Assembly (NCBI GenBank): GCA_050916045.1
Contig: CP051526.1
Coordinates: 2,432,001-2,496,000 of the forward strand
Reading direction: 5' to 3'
DNA length: 64,000 bases
Source: Tepidisphaera sp.
Lineage (GTDB): Bacteria > Planctomycetota > Phycisphaerae > Phycisphaerales > UBA1924
Part shown: positions 18,615-27,847 of the stretch, piece after piece
How the letters are laid out: the number at the start of each line of letters is the position of its first letter
Numbering within the stretch: the stretch's first letter is position 1
The notes under the pieces: model-generated
Databases searched by the model: none
What the model was told of the DNA's origin: nothing
The model's input: only the letters and a program-made list of their open reading frames with translations
Program-made: the position numbers and the translations under genes

Positions 18615-20933
18615 GTGACAGAGCTTTCTGAGAGAGCGGTGCGGCCATATCTCCTCGCGGCGGGGTGCGTGGTGATCGCTGCGTCGGTTCGGCTTTTGCT
18701 GGACCCGGTGCTCGAGAGCCAGTCGCCGTTCGCGACGTTTCTTCTCGCGACGCTTTTCGCCGCGTGGCGTTGGGGCGTGGGCCCGGCGCTGGCTTCGTTG
18801 ACGCTGGGATGGTGGGTGGGGCAGTTTCTGTTCATGGAGCCGCGGTACACATGGGTGCCGCCGATGCAGTCGAATCATGTGATCGCGTACGCGCTGTACT
18901 TCACGGTGGGCGGGGTGGGCGCGACGTTCGGGCATTTCGCGCGGGCGGCGAAGATCCGGAGCGACACGAGGAGCCAGATCGAAGCGGCGCGGCTTGCTGC
19001 GATCGTGACGTCATCGGAAGACGCGATCATCAGCAAGGATCTGAACGGGATCATCACGACATGGAACCGCGGTGCGGAGCGGCTTTTCGGGTACACGAGC
19101 GACGAGGCGATCGGTCAGCCGGTGACGATGTTGATGACGGCGGAGAATCTGGAGGAAGAGGCGAGGATTCTCACGAAGGTTCGTCGGGGCGAGAGCCTTG
19201 AGCACCACGAGACGGTTCGGCGTCGCAAGGACGGGTCGTTGGTGGAGGTCTCGCTGACGGTGTCACCGCTTCGGAGCGCGACGGGGGAGATCATCGGGGC
19301 GTCGAAGATCATGCGCGACGTGACGGAGCGGAACCGGATGGAGGAGTCGCGGGCGAAGCTTGCGTCGATCGTGGAGTCCTCGGACGACGCGATCATCAGC
19401 AAGAATCTGGAAGGTGAGATCACGAGTTGGAACGCCGGCGCGGAGCGGCTCTTCGGGTACACGGCGCGGGACGCGATCGGCAAGCCGATCGGGATGCTGC
19501 TTCCGGACGACCGGTTCAATGAGGATCCGGAGATTCTGGGGCGGATACAGCGTGGGGAGAGCGTGGAGCATTACGAGACGATCCGTCGGCGGAAGGACGG
19601 ATCGCTGGTGGACATTTCGCTCACGGTTTCGCCGCTTCGCGACGGGAAGGGACGGCTGGTCGGAGCTTCGAAGATCGTGCGCGACGTGACGCTGAGCAAG
19701 AAGGCGCAGGAGGATCTTCGTACGAGCGAGGCGCAGGCGCGGAACGCGCTGGCGGCGGCGGAAGCGGCTTCGCGGGCGAAGGACGAGTTTCTGGCGATGC
19801 TCTCCCACGAGCTTCGGACGCCGATGGCGGCGATCGTGGGGTGGTCGCAGATGTTGCGGGAGGGCGCGACGCCCGAGGAGACGCAGGAGGGGATCGAGGT
19901 CATCGAGCGGAACGCGCGGCTTCAATCACAGATCATCGAAGACCTTTTGGACATGAGCCGGATCATGTCGGGGAAGTTCCGGCTGAATGTGGAGTCGGTG
20001 GATGTGGACATGGTGCTTCGCGGAGCGGTGGACGGGGTGCGGCTTGCGGCCGAGTCCAAGCATCTCAAGCTGACGGTGGTTCAGGAGGGTGAGCCGGGCG
20101 AAGTGCGCGGGGACCCGCACCGTTTGCAGCAGGTGTTCTTCAATCTACTGACCAACGCGGTGAAGTTCACGCCCGCGCGGGGCGAGGTGCGGGTGGTGTG
20201 TCGTCACCGGCAGGGGCATGTGGAGGTCGGGGTGACGGACACGGGGATCGGGATCAAGCCAGAGTTCCTGCCGATGGTTTTCGAGCGGTTCAAGCAACAG
20301 GACGGGCGGATCACGCGGCAGTTTCAGGGCCTGGGCCTTGGGCTCGCGATCGCACGGCACCTGGTCGAGCTTCACGGCGGGACGATCCGAGCGGAGAGCG
20401 TCGGGGAGGGCCGGGGTGCGACGTTCACGGTGGAACTGCCGCGGGCAATCCCGCGGATCGCGGCGCTGTCGACGGGGCATGAGGAGCGGCGGCTTCGAAG
20501 CGGGAGCGGCGCGACGAGCGCGGCGATCGTCGGGGCTCCGCCGGCGAAGGTGCTTGCGGGCGTGACGGTGATGGTGACGGACGATGAGCTTGACGCGCGG
20601 GACGTGGTGAAGCGGATGCTGGAGCGGCGTGGGGCGAAGGTGTTGACGTGCGGGTCGGCGGCGGAGACTCTTGAGCGGCTGGCGCGGGAGCGGCCGAACA
20701 TCCTCGTGTGCGACATCGGGATGCCGGAGGTGGATGGCTACGCGCTGATCGGGAAGGTGCGGACGTCGTCGCCGGAGCAGGGCGGGGCGACGCCGGCGAT
20801 CGCGCTGACGGCGTTTGCGAGGCCGGAGGACCGGACGCGGGCGCTGCTCGCGGGATTCCAGATGCACATGTCCAAACCGGTCGACCCGGAAGAACTGGTC
20901 GCGGGGATCCGGCGGGTGGCGGCGTCGGTGTGA
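18615..20933 (+). CDS. Hybrid sensor histidine kinase (DUF4118-like TM domain, 2 PAS/PAC, HisKA, HATPase, REC)
   Basis: Two AIVxSSxDAIISK PAS repeats, SHELRTP, NLLTNAVKFT, DTGIGI, GLGLGLAI, CDIGMPEVDGY. Start set at GTG 18615, after a TATCAT box. Confidence 0.93.
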   Translation: MTELSERAVRPYLLAAGCVVIAASVRLLLDPVLESQSPFATFLLATLFAAWRWGVGPALASLTLGWWVGQFLFMEPRYTWVPPMQSNHVIAYALYFTVGGVGATFGHFARAAKIRSDTRSQIEAARLAAIVTSSEDAIISKDLNGIITTWNRGAERLFGYTSDEAIGQPVTMLMTAENLEEEARILTKVRRGESLEHHETVRRRKDGSLVEVSLTVSPLRSATGEIIGASKIMRDVTERNRMEESRAKLASIVESSDDAIISKNLEGEITSWNAGAERLFGYTARDAIGKPIGMLLPDDRFNEDPEILGRIQRGESVEHYETIRRRKDGSLVDISLTVSPLRDGKGRLVGASKIVRDVTLSKKAQEDLRTSEAQARNALAAAEAASRAKDEFLAMLSHELRTPMAAIVGWSQMLREGATPEETQEGIEVIERNARLQSQIIEDLLDMSRIMSGKFRLNVESVDVDMVLRGAVDGVRLAAESKHLKLTVVQEGEPGEVRGDPHRLQQVFFNLLTNAVKFTPARGEVRVVCRHRQGHVEVGVTDTGIGIKPEFLPMVFERFKQQDGRITRQFQGLGLGLAIARHLVELHGGTIRAESVGEGRGATFTVELPRAIPRIAALSTGHEERRLRSGSGATSAAIVGAPPAKVLAGVTVMVTDDELDARDVVKRMLERRGAKVLTCGSAAETLERLARERPNILVCDIGMPEVDGYALIGKVRTSSPEQGGATPAIALTAFARPEDRTRALLAGFQMHMSKPVDPEELVAGIRRVAASV

Positions 20934-20995
20934 GGGATTGGGGAGAGGCGAGACGGCGTCGAAACGGGCGACGAGAAACGTCGCGGATCGGCCTC

Positions 20996-21015
20996 GCGAA
21001 TGGGCGCAACAGGAC
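20996..21015. repeat. att-site direct repeat (copy of the tRNA-Val 3' end)
   Basis: gcgaatgggcgcaacaggac, identical to 27616-27635. Confidence 0.9.
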
Positions 21016-21299
21016 ACGCACACTCGCCAAATCCAAGCGGAAAGCCGCAGTTTCCCGACACCCCCGGCGCAACGCTCTCTGCTGAAGCGAGCGCCGACCA
21101 CTCTTCGGATGCTGGAAAAAAGGCCCCCAAAGCCCCCACCGCTTCCGGCGCGCCCGAATCGCCCTCCGCTGGGAGTGAACGCCCCGGCTCCACCGATCCG
21201 GCTCTCGCCAGCGTGATCGCCGCATGGGATGGACTGCCCCCCGCGATACGGGCGGGGATCCTCGCGATGGTGGCGGCCAGCGAAGGGGGTGTGGCGTGA
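21000..21299 (+). CDS. Small att-adjacent hypothetical protein (DPALASVIAAWDGLPPAIRAGILAMV)
   Basis: The C-terminal motif is of a type I recall at the ends of planctomycete integrative elements. The start is uncertain because it overlaps the att repeat. Confidence 0.5.
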   Translation: MGATGHAHSPNPSGKPQFPDTPGATLSAEASADHSSDAGKKAPKAPTASGAPESPSAGSERPGSTDPALASVIAAWDGLPPAIRAGILAMVAASEGGVA

Positions 21300-21886
21300 T
21301 CCCTCTCGACTTGGCGGAGCGGCTCGGGTTTGGGCCCGACGTGCTCGAACAGCTCCGGCGGAGGAAGTCGATCCGAGTCCTTCGGGCCGAAGCGAAGCAG
21401 AAGGACGCGGCGCGGGCGGCGGCGGCATACGCGGCGATGCCGCGGCTCAGGCCGGACGTGCCGCTTTCAGCACGCAGCACACCGGAGGCTGACCGGCTTC
21501 CTCGGCTTGGTGTGGTCCCCTTGACCCCTCGCGGCAAACGTGCACCGTCCCGCCGGAACGGAGTAACCCCGCTCCCCTGTGGTGATCGTCACCTGGCCAA
21601 AGGCCCCCAGCCCCACCGCTGCGAATCGGAGGGCGGGACGGTCATGCGGCGGATCAGCTACGTGAGTCTATTCATCGAATCGCGACACGTCAGGGCCGAC
21701 CTCCGGGCAATGGGAACCGCGCTCCGCACCCAGGGCGTCCCCAATTCGGATGAGGTGATCCGCGCCCTTGAACGTGCCTTGGCCCTCATCCCGTTGGCCC
21801 CCTCGCCGGAGGGCCATCGACGTCGATTGCGGAGCTTGGCGCGGGTGCTACTGGCGTTGGAGCGGCAGATCGAAGGAAATGCTTGA
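21296..21886 (+). CDS. Hypothetical phage/ICE-like protein (possibly two fused remnants)
   Basis: GTGA coupling with the previous ORF; an internal ATG at 21644 has a GGAGG-like SD. Confidence 0.4.
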   Translation: MIPLDLAERLGFGPDVLEQLRRRKSIRVLRAEAKQKDAARAAAAYAAMPRLRPDVPLSARSTPEADRLPRLGVVPLTPRGKRAPSRRNGVTPLPCGDRHLAKGPQPHRCESEGGTVMRRISYVSLFIESRHVRADLRAMGTALRTQGVPNSDEVIRALERALALIPLAPSPEGHRRRLRSLARVLLALERQIEGNA

Positions 21887-21935
21887 ATTGATCCGCCGGG
21901 TCGGTTCCAATACCGTCTGCAAGGGAGGACAGTGA

Positions 21936-22739
21936 ATGAGGCGTCTAGGTGCGTTGCTGCAGATTATTCTCGCCAGTGCGGCTCATGCGCAGTATCAGGC
22001 TGGCTACGTTTGGAATCGGGAGGCCGATTGGTCAGGGGGTACACGTCATGGTGGTTCGTGGCGATGGGGCAACCCGGACGCTGACGAAGTCGGGAACGAA
22101 GTCTGGAGTTACGAGATTTGTTCCGGTGGGGGTGCACTCGACTCGACCAATCCGTGGTATCGAGAGCCCACTACGCTTGCGACCTGGGACTCGAGCTGGT
22201 TCGGTGGGGCGGGCCTCTGGTCACAGGGCGATAACTCAGGCCCTCCGCTCGCGCGTCAAGAGATCGTGCATGATCGGGGCCTCGGCGGTCTCTTTGGACG
22301 AACACCACTTGTGCGATGGACAAATCCTACTCGAGAACCCATCTCGGTAAGCGTGAATGGCCAACTTCGAGTCACTTGGGCGGGGAATGCAGCGGGTTGC
22401 CCTGTTGTCGTGGACGTTGTCGTGGCGAGGTTAACAGAGGCTGGAGTGTACACAGAACTGTTGGCGGCAACCGTTTCAAAGCCAACTGCCACATGCACGG
22501 TGGGCGAGTATGTGGACTTGCCGATGCACTTTTCTAATCTCGGAGTCGGCACGCGTGACCAGATTATCGTTTCCATCAGGGCAAGGGACTCTGCGGCCGG
22601 TCAATGGGTTATCCTGCGAGACGCCTTGAGCATCACGCTCATGGACGTCGACGCTTGTCACGCGGACTTCAATGGCGATGGCTTTGTCGATTTTTTCGAC
22701 TACGACGAGTTCGTACTGGCGTTCGAGACGGGGTGTTGA
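21936..22739 (+). CDS. Secreted protein with a single Gly-Cys dockerin-like tail
   Basis: GGAGG SD, signal peptide ending AAHAQ, beta-rich domain, ends CHADFNGDGFVDFFDYDEFVLAFETGC. Confidence 0.85.
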   Translation: MRRLGALLQIILASAAHAQYQAGYVWNREADWSGGTRHGGSWRWGNPDADEVGNEVWSYEICSGGGALDSTNPWYREPTTLATWDSSWFGGAGLWSQGDNSGPPLARQEIVHDRGLGGLFGRTPLVRWTNPTREPISVSVNGQLRVTWAGNAAGCPVVVDVVVARLTEAGVYTELLAATVSKPTATCTVGEYVDLPMHFSNLGVGTRDQIIVSIRARDSAAGQWVILRDALSITLMDVDACHADFNGDGFVDFFDYDEFVLAFETGC

Positions 22740-22929
22740 TGAGCTGCGAGCGGGCACTCTGCAGGAATGCAGGATCTTCCAGAGGGGAACACACCCTTTT
22801 GCGATCATGACGTGGCGTTTGGCCGAAGGCCTCCAGTCTGCTTTGGCCGCTGGGACATGGAAGCCCGGCTGGTTCAGGGCGAAGTCCAACAAGACGCCCT
22901 GCGAGTCGGTCTCGACGGCGGACGCTGCG

Positions 22930-23075
22930 AACTGGTCGCTGACCATGCTGCGCAACGAACTCGTCAAGATCGGGGCCACGGTGGTTCGAATAGCCCGGTA
23001 CGCCGTGCTGCTGATGGTGGGGAATGTGGCGCCGCGACACCTGTTCCGTATCGTCTTGGATCGCGTGCGAAGATG
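22930..23075 (+). pseudogene. IS1380-family transposase C-terminal remnant
   Basis: NWSLTMLRNELVKIGATVVRIARYAVLLM...PRHLFRIVLDRVRR matches the IS1380 C-terminal pattern WSLTTLRxKLIKIGAKVVRHxRY. Confidence 0.7.
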
Positions 23076-23372
23076 CCAACCAACCAAGACGGCATGGGGA
23101 TGGCACGGGCTCTGCCGATCTTGTCCCAGACGCCGAAACCAGCGGGATGGTCCGCACGCGGTCAGCGCGCGGTCAGCGAAGCCGCCGACCGCGCGGCCAG
23201 AAGCGGCCAAACGCTTCACGAACACTTGCCGTGTTCACCGTCCAAGTGCCAGCAACAACGTTCCACGCAGGGAGATTATAGAGTAACCTGTCCGCAGACG
23301 CTCCGCGAAGGTCGTGGGCGTACAGCCGAATTGGAACAGTCGGTTTGGGGCGCACTTCGTAGGTGAATCACT

Positions 23373-24360
23373 ATGAGTATCCAGACAAACACGCTTCTAC
23401 TCTTCTGTCTCACCCTCAACTCAATCGGTCTCGCTCAGCCGATTCGATGGTCGGCACAAGACGGCGGGAACGACCATTGGTACCAGCTGGCACCCACCCG
23501 ACTTGTGTGGGATGATGCTCGAGACTATGCGAAGTCAGTCGGTGGTCGGCTCGTCACGGTCAATGATCAGACTGAACAAGATTGGCTCGTGGCGACATTC
23601 GGCAACCCAAGCAGCCGGTGGACTGGGCTTCGATACGACAACCGTCTGCAAAGATGGCGGTGGAACAGCGGAGAGGCCTTCAACTTTACGACCTGGGCAC
23701 CAGGGGAGCCGAACGGTTTCGGCCCATTCCCTTGGTCAGAAAACTACGCGGTTATCTGGGACCAGTTTGGAGGAAGCTGGTGCGACTATCCCTCACCTGT
23801 GTACAACCCCGGTGGCCCCGGAGAATTCCGAACAGAATTCGACTCGATCATCGAGTGGAAGCCATGTGTAGTTGGCTGGATCTCCTTGCAAGCGATGACG
23901 GGCACTGGCTTTGCGGACACTGCGGCGGTGTACGACCCGATTCGCGAAGAAATCGTTGTTGTCGGTGGACAATCCGGCGGACCGGGCACAGACCAAGCAC
24001 GAGTGTACCGCGACGCAATCTGGGAGATCTTTGCTGCTCCAAGCGATGATGCACTCAACCACACGGCTTGCTCATTTGATCGCACACGCGGTGTGTCCGT
24101 TTTCTTCGGCGGACTTTTGAATGGCTCTCCAAGTGACAGAACTCTCGAATGGGATGGGCTTTCGTGGAGTAGTCGGAGCGGCGGGCCATCGCCCCGGTAC
24201 GACGCTGCGATGGCTTTCGACGAACTCAGAGGGAGGATTGTCCTCTTTGGTGGATCGATCGGTGCTGGTTTCGATGGCGAGACTTGGGAGTGGAATGGAA
24301 CCGTTTGGCAGCAACTGTCATCAACGGGACCGTCGCCAAGAGCATGGTACCACGCTGAGT
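23373..24360 (+). pseudogene. Secreted C-type lectin + Kelch-repeat protein, truncated at the 3' end
   Basis: GGNDHWY...WDDARDYA...GGRLVTVND...WAPGEPN lectin domain and Kelch-like repeats (GPSPRYDAAMAFDELRGRIVLFGG). It breaks off after GPSPRAWYHA; the rest of the ORF is the antisense of the dockerin tail. Confidence 0.75.
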
Positions 24361-24479
24361 GCGAAACCGATCGCCTCGCTCCCGGGGTGAGATACGCCAA
24401 GGAACATGACGCCGGTCTTGTCCCGCGGTCCCGAGATTTCCTCGTCCAGGCCATAGCACCCGCATCCGCCCATTCGACG

Positions 24480-24662
24480 TCAGCACCCCGTCTCGAACGC
24501 CTCCACAAACCCGTCGTAGTCGAAGAAATCGACAAAGCCGTCACCGTTGAAATCAGAGGTGCGGGACGGCGGGCATTGGCCGAGTTCGTAGCACGCCACA
24601 AAGTCGTCATAGTCGAAGAAGTCAACAAAGTTGTCGTCGTTGAAGTCAACACGGCACAGCAA
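24480..24662 (-). pseudogene. Orphan double dockerin-like tail
   Basis: CRVDFNDDNFVDFFDYDDFVACYELGQCPPSRTSDFNGDGFVDFFDYDGFVEAFETGC. There is an in-frame stop upstream at 24726-24728 and no signal peptide. Confidence 0.8.
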
Positions 24663-24837
24663 GTGCGCTCTCCGGCGAAATGGCGAGAACTTCCGGTGTG
24701 TAGATGGCTTACGTTTGATCGGGGTTCAGGCATCTGTTAAGACACATGAATCGCTAGCGCGAGGGGATTGGCGGCCAGCGATAAGCACGCCGGGTGATCG
24801 GCGTTGGTCCCAATAGCTCGTACTCGGAGGACGCCCA

Positions 24838-25197
24838 ATGAAAGCTACGCCAAGAGAATCACTCGCACTGGCTCGGCTCGTAGAGTCCCTCATGGAGTTT
24901 CTGCTCGCTCACGAAGAGGGGCAAACCACCCGAAGCAGACCCCAGGCTGAACCGCCCGAGGTGCGAGCAAGGGGCTCGCATCCGAAATCCCCCGCGTCTC
25001 CTTCAGAAACGCCCCAAGGCACCCTCCTGATCACGGCAAAGGAAGCAGCGAAGTACCTGTCGATAGGCGAGCGGACGCTTTGGCAGATGTCAGCACCTCG
25101 TGGTCCGATTCCCTGCGTTCGATTTGGCGGGGCAGTGCGGTATCCTGTGGACGATCTAAAGACCGTCGTGAAGCGTATGAGCGCTCGAGGGACGTAG
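24838..25197 (+). CDS. Excisionase/AlpA-like helix-turn-helix protein
   Basis: GGAGG SD; LLITAKEAAKYLSIGERTLWQM...IPCVRFGGAVRYPVDDL. Confidence 0.85.
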   Translation: MKATPRESLALARLVESLMEFLLAHEEGQTTRSRPQAEPPEVRARGSHPKSPASPSETPQGTLLITAKEAAKYLSIGERTLWQMSAPRGPIPCVRFGGAVRYPVDDLKTVVKRMSARGT

Positions 25198-25594
25198 AGT
25201 TCGGCGATGCCGTCCACCGAGTAGTGTACGAACCACTTTTCGACAGACGAATAGTGGTCACGTGGTTCAAACTGACTACGCTCATCAAAACTGCGCCTGA
25301 ACCAATGCTGCACGTAGTGTCCGGCGATACCCGTCTGGATCTGGACCTGACGGAACATGGCGGGTGACGAGTAGACCCGTGCGACTGGATCCTCCTCCAG
25401 CTGTTTGAGGCATACGGGATTATCAGCAGACTCAAAAGTGGGTCGCTGGAGGTCTCCGCCATGATCGAGAAGCAGCTCGGCCAATCTCCGTCCCGGACCC
25501 CCTGTGCGTGACTCCATTTCCAACTCCGGGAAGAAAAGGTCCTTGGGTCATCCTCGTTCTCCTGATATGCTACTCCCGTCACGGAGGTCCTCCC

Positions 25595-27247
25595 ATGCGA
25601 GTATCAATGGTTTTTGCTGCGACTCCTTTCGGATTGCTTGTCACTATCGGGGCCGCGAGGGCGCAGTGCGAGAGCCAATTTGCCAAGGTGCTCGGCGGCG
25701 CGGTCGGGGCCCCCGGAAGCGCGGCGTCGGCGACCGGAGCGTCGGTGGCGATCGACGGGGACACGATGGTGGTCGGCTCCCCGTATTCGGATCTGAACGG
25801 GCAGGACGCGGGAGCGGTGTTCGTCTATCGCAAGATTGGCGGCGTTTGGACACAGGAGGCGGTCCTCACCTACGGCGGCCCGGGCTGGTGGCTCGGATGG
25901 TCCGTGGCAATCAGCGGAGACACGATCATTGCGGGAGCGCCGGGCGTGCCCAGAAACGCCATGTCGTTTGGCGGAGTTTTCGAGTTCCGCCGATCGGGCA
26001 ACACTTGGAACCTCTACCAGGGATACACCAACGGCAGTGACCAACAGGGGTACTACACCGGTACTTCGGTGGCAATCGCCGGAAACATGATGGTCTACGG
26101 ATCACAACCCTCTGCGGGAGGAGGAATCGGGTATTCGTTTACCTTCGACAGAGCGAGCCCGGCTTCAGCTTTTGTGATTCGCATGACCAGTCCGCACGGC
26201 TGGATCGTGGCAACCGACGGGAATCAGTTCGCGACAACATCAGCCTCGAGCGGTACGCTTCTCGTCGTACAGAGGCCCCTCAGCAACAACTGGAGCGAGG
26301 CTTTCTATGAGTTTGCGAGCTTGCCGTCCAACGAATCACTATCGGCGGCCAACTCCCTCGCCATCAAGAACAACACGCTTATCGTGGGATCGCCCGGGTA
26401 CGACGGTATCGCAGGGCGCGTCAATCAAGGCGCGGTTTACGTCTTCGAGAGAATCGGCCAAAGCCTCGTCTGGAACCCGACGCTCCGGATCATTGATCCT
26501 GACAATACTGACCAGGACTTCTTCGGGTGGTCGGTGGGCTTTGATAACACCAACCCTGACCGGTTCGCCGTCGGCTCCGTATGGGCGAACACAGGAGGCC
26601 AGATCGACGCCGGGGCGGTCTTCGTCTTCGAGCGTGACGGACTGAGCGAGTGGAGGCAGATCCGCCGCGAATCAGCACTCGACGCCGACGAGGGGGACCA
26701 ACTCGGCATGTCCGTGGCCATGAGCGGCGGGTTTGTCGCCGCCGGCGCGCCCACCGATGACCAGCAGTCCCTCAACGCGGGTGCCGCCTACGTCTTCGCG
26801 ATCGACCCGCAGCGTCCGGGCGTGGACGGGGGACCTGACGCCACCACCGTCCGGGTCGGGCAGACCGCTGTCCTCTCCGTCATCGCCAGCGGTCCCGGAC
26901 CGCTCACGTACCAGTGGCGAAAGGACGGCCGCGCCCTGACCGACGGCGGCCGGATCGCCGGGTCCCGCACCAGCAGCCTCCGCATCCGTCTGTGCCGCTG
27001 GAGCGACATGGGCTTGTACGAGTGCGTCGTCTCCAACGGCTGCGGAGGCACGACCTCTGAACCCGCTATGTTGACAGTCACCTGCCCGGCAGACTTCAAC
27101 GACGACGGATTCCTCGACTTCTTTGACTACGACGAATTCGTGACGGCTTTTGAGACGGGAGATCCGCGAGCGGACTTCAACGCCGACGGCTTTATCGACT
27201 TCTTCGACTACGATGATTTTGTCGCTGCCTTTGAGACGGGCTGCTGA
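25595..27247 (+). CDS. Secreted FG-GAP repeat + Ig domain + double dockerin-like tail protein
   Basis: GGAGG SD; repeats GxSVAIxGDT..VGSP....AGAVFV; Ig domain LTYQWRKDG...DMGLYECVVSNGCG; ends FETGC. Confidence 0.9.
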   Translation: MRVSMVFAATPFGLLVTIGAARAQCESQFAKVLGGAVGAPGSAASATGASVAIDGDTMVVGSPYSDLNGQDAGAVFVYRKIGGVWTQEAVLTYGGPGWWLGWSVAISGDTIIAGAPGVPRNAMSFGGVFEFRRSGNTWNLYQGYTNGSDQQGYYTGTSVAIAGNMMVYGSQPSAGGGIGYSFTFDRASPASAFVIRMTSPHGWIVATDGNQFATTSASSGTLLVVQRPLSNNWSEAFYEFASLPSNESLSAANSLAIKNNTLIVGSPGYDGIAGRVNQGAVYVFERIGQSLVWNPTLRIIDPDNTDQDFFGWSVGFDNTNPDRFAVGSVWANTGGQIDAGAVFVFERDGLSEWRQIRRESALDADEGDQLGMSVAMSGGFVAAGAPTDDQQSLNAGAAYVFAIDPQRPGVDGGPDATTVRVGQTAVLSVIASGPGPLTYQWRKDGRALTDGGRIAGSRTSSLRIRLCRWSDMGLYECVVSNGCGGTTSEPAMLTVTCPADFNDDGFLDFFDYDEFVTAFETGDPRADFNADGFIDFFDYDDFVAAFETGC

Positions 27248-27331
27248 GTGGCGACGAGGAGACATGGGCTCGTTCGATGCATGAAGCTCTGACTCTAGAG
27301 GAGAAGACCACCGTGCTGCAAGTGCGACAGT

Positions 27332-27661
27332 GTGCCCCAACATTCAACTTCACAACTTCGCTTGTACTACCACACCGTCCGGCAGTCCGACTTTGAGCGC
27401 GCGACCGGCAAGCGGTCCAAGCTCGCGACGGCTGCGAACGGGCAGGGAACGGCGGACGCCGAGGGCGGCGCAAATTGCGGCGCACTTGCGGCGCAAAAGG
27501 CGGCGCAGACAGCGTCTACCGGGGAACGCCAGAACACGCCAAAAGCGACGCAAACCCCGGCGGATGGCGGGGTTAGGCACTCTGAGGCAGATTGTGACGT
27601 CTCCGGTCAAAACCGGCGAATGGGCGCAACAGGACTCGAACCTGTGACCTCGGCTATGTGA
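27332..27661 (+). pseudogene. Probable tyrosine-integrase C-terminal tail reading into the att/tRNA
   Basis: YYHTVRQSDFERAT...AAQKAAQ resembles the HYxQVTxxxFxxA...AAQxAAQ end of planctomycete integrases, and the position abuts the tRNA 3' end. Confidence 0.5.
27616..27635. repeat. att-site direct repeat overlapping the tRNA-Val 3' end
   Basis: Identical to 20996-21015. Confidence 0.9.
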
Positions 27662-27694
27662 CAGCCGCGTTCTAGCCAACTGAACTATGCGCCC
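27621..27694 (-). tRNA. tRNA-Val(CAC), CCA not encoded
   Basis: Acceptor stem GGGCGCA/TGCGCCC, anticodon arm CGGCT-GTCACAT-AGCCG, T arm ACAGG-TTCGAGT-CCTGT. Confidence 0.95.
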
Positions 27695-27847
27695 GACTTG
27701 TCGCCACGCTGTCGCGGCTGGGCGGGATGGTAGCCCGGGGGGCGGCGGGGCTCCACTGGGGATGGCTTGCCGGGGCGGCGTGGGGGTCGGGTTCGCTCCT
27801 ACATTGGGGTCCTTCCGCGGCGAGCGGGAGCCTTTCTGGAGCCCACG

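Larger units (their letters stand above)
20996..27635. mobile_element. Decayed integrative element / genomic island at tRNA-Val
   Basis: 20-bp direct repeats, an excisionase-like HTH gene, an integrase-like tail next to the tRNA, an IS remnant, truncated genes and lower GC (line 22321-22380: 31/60 G+C). Confidence 0.85.

Noticed and set aside
25198..25505. Possible gene fragment after the HTH gene (VVYEPLFDRR...*RVDPCDWILLQLFEAYG)
   Set aside because: It looks like a decayed coding scrap, but I cannot assign a family or a strand with confidence.
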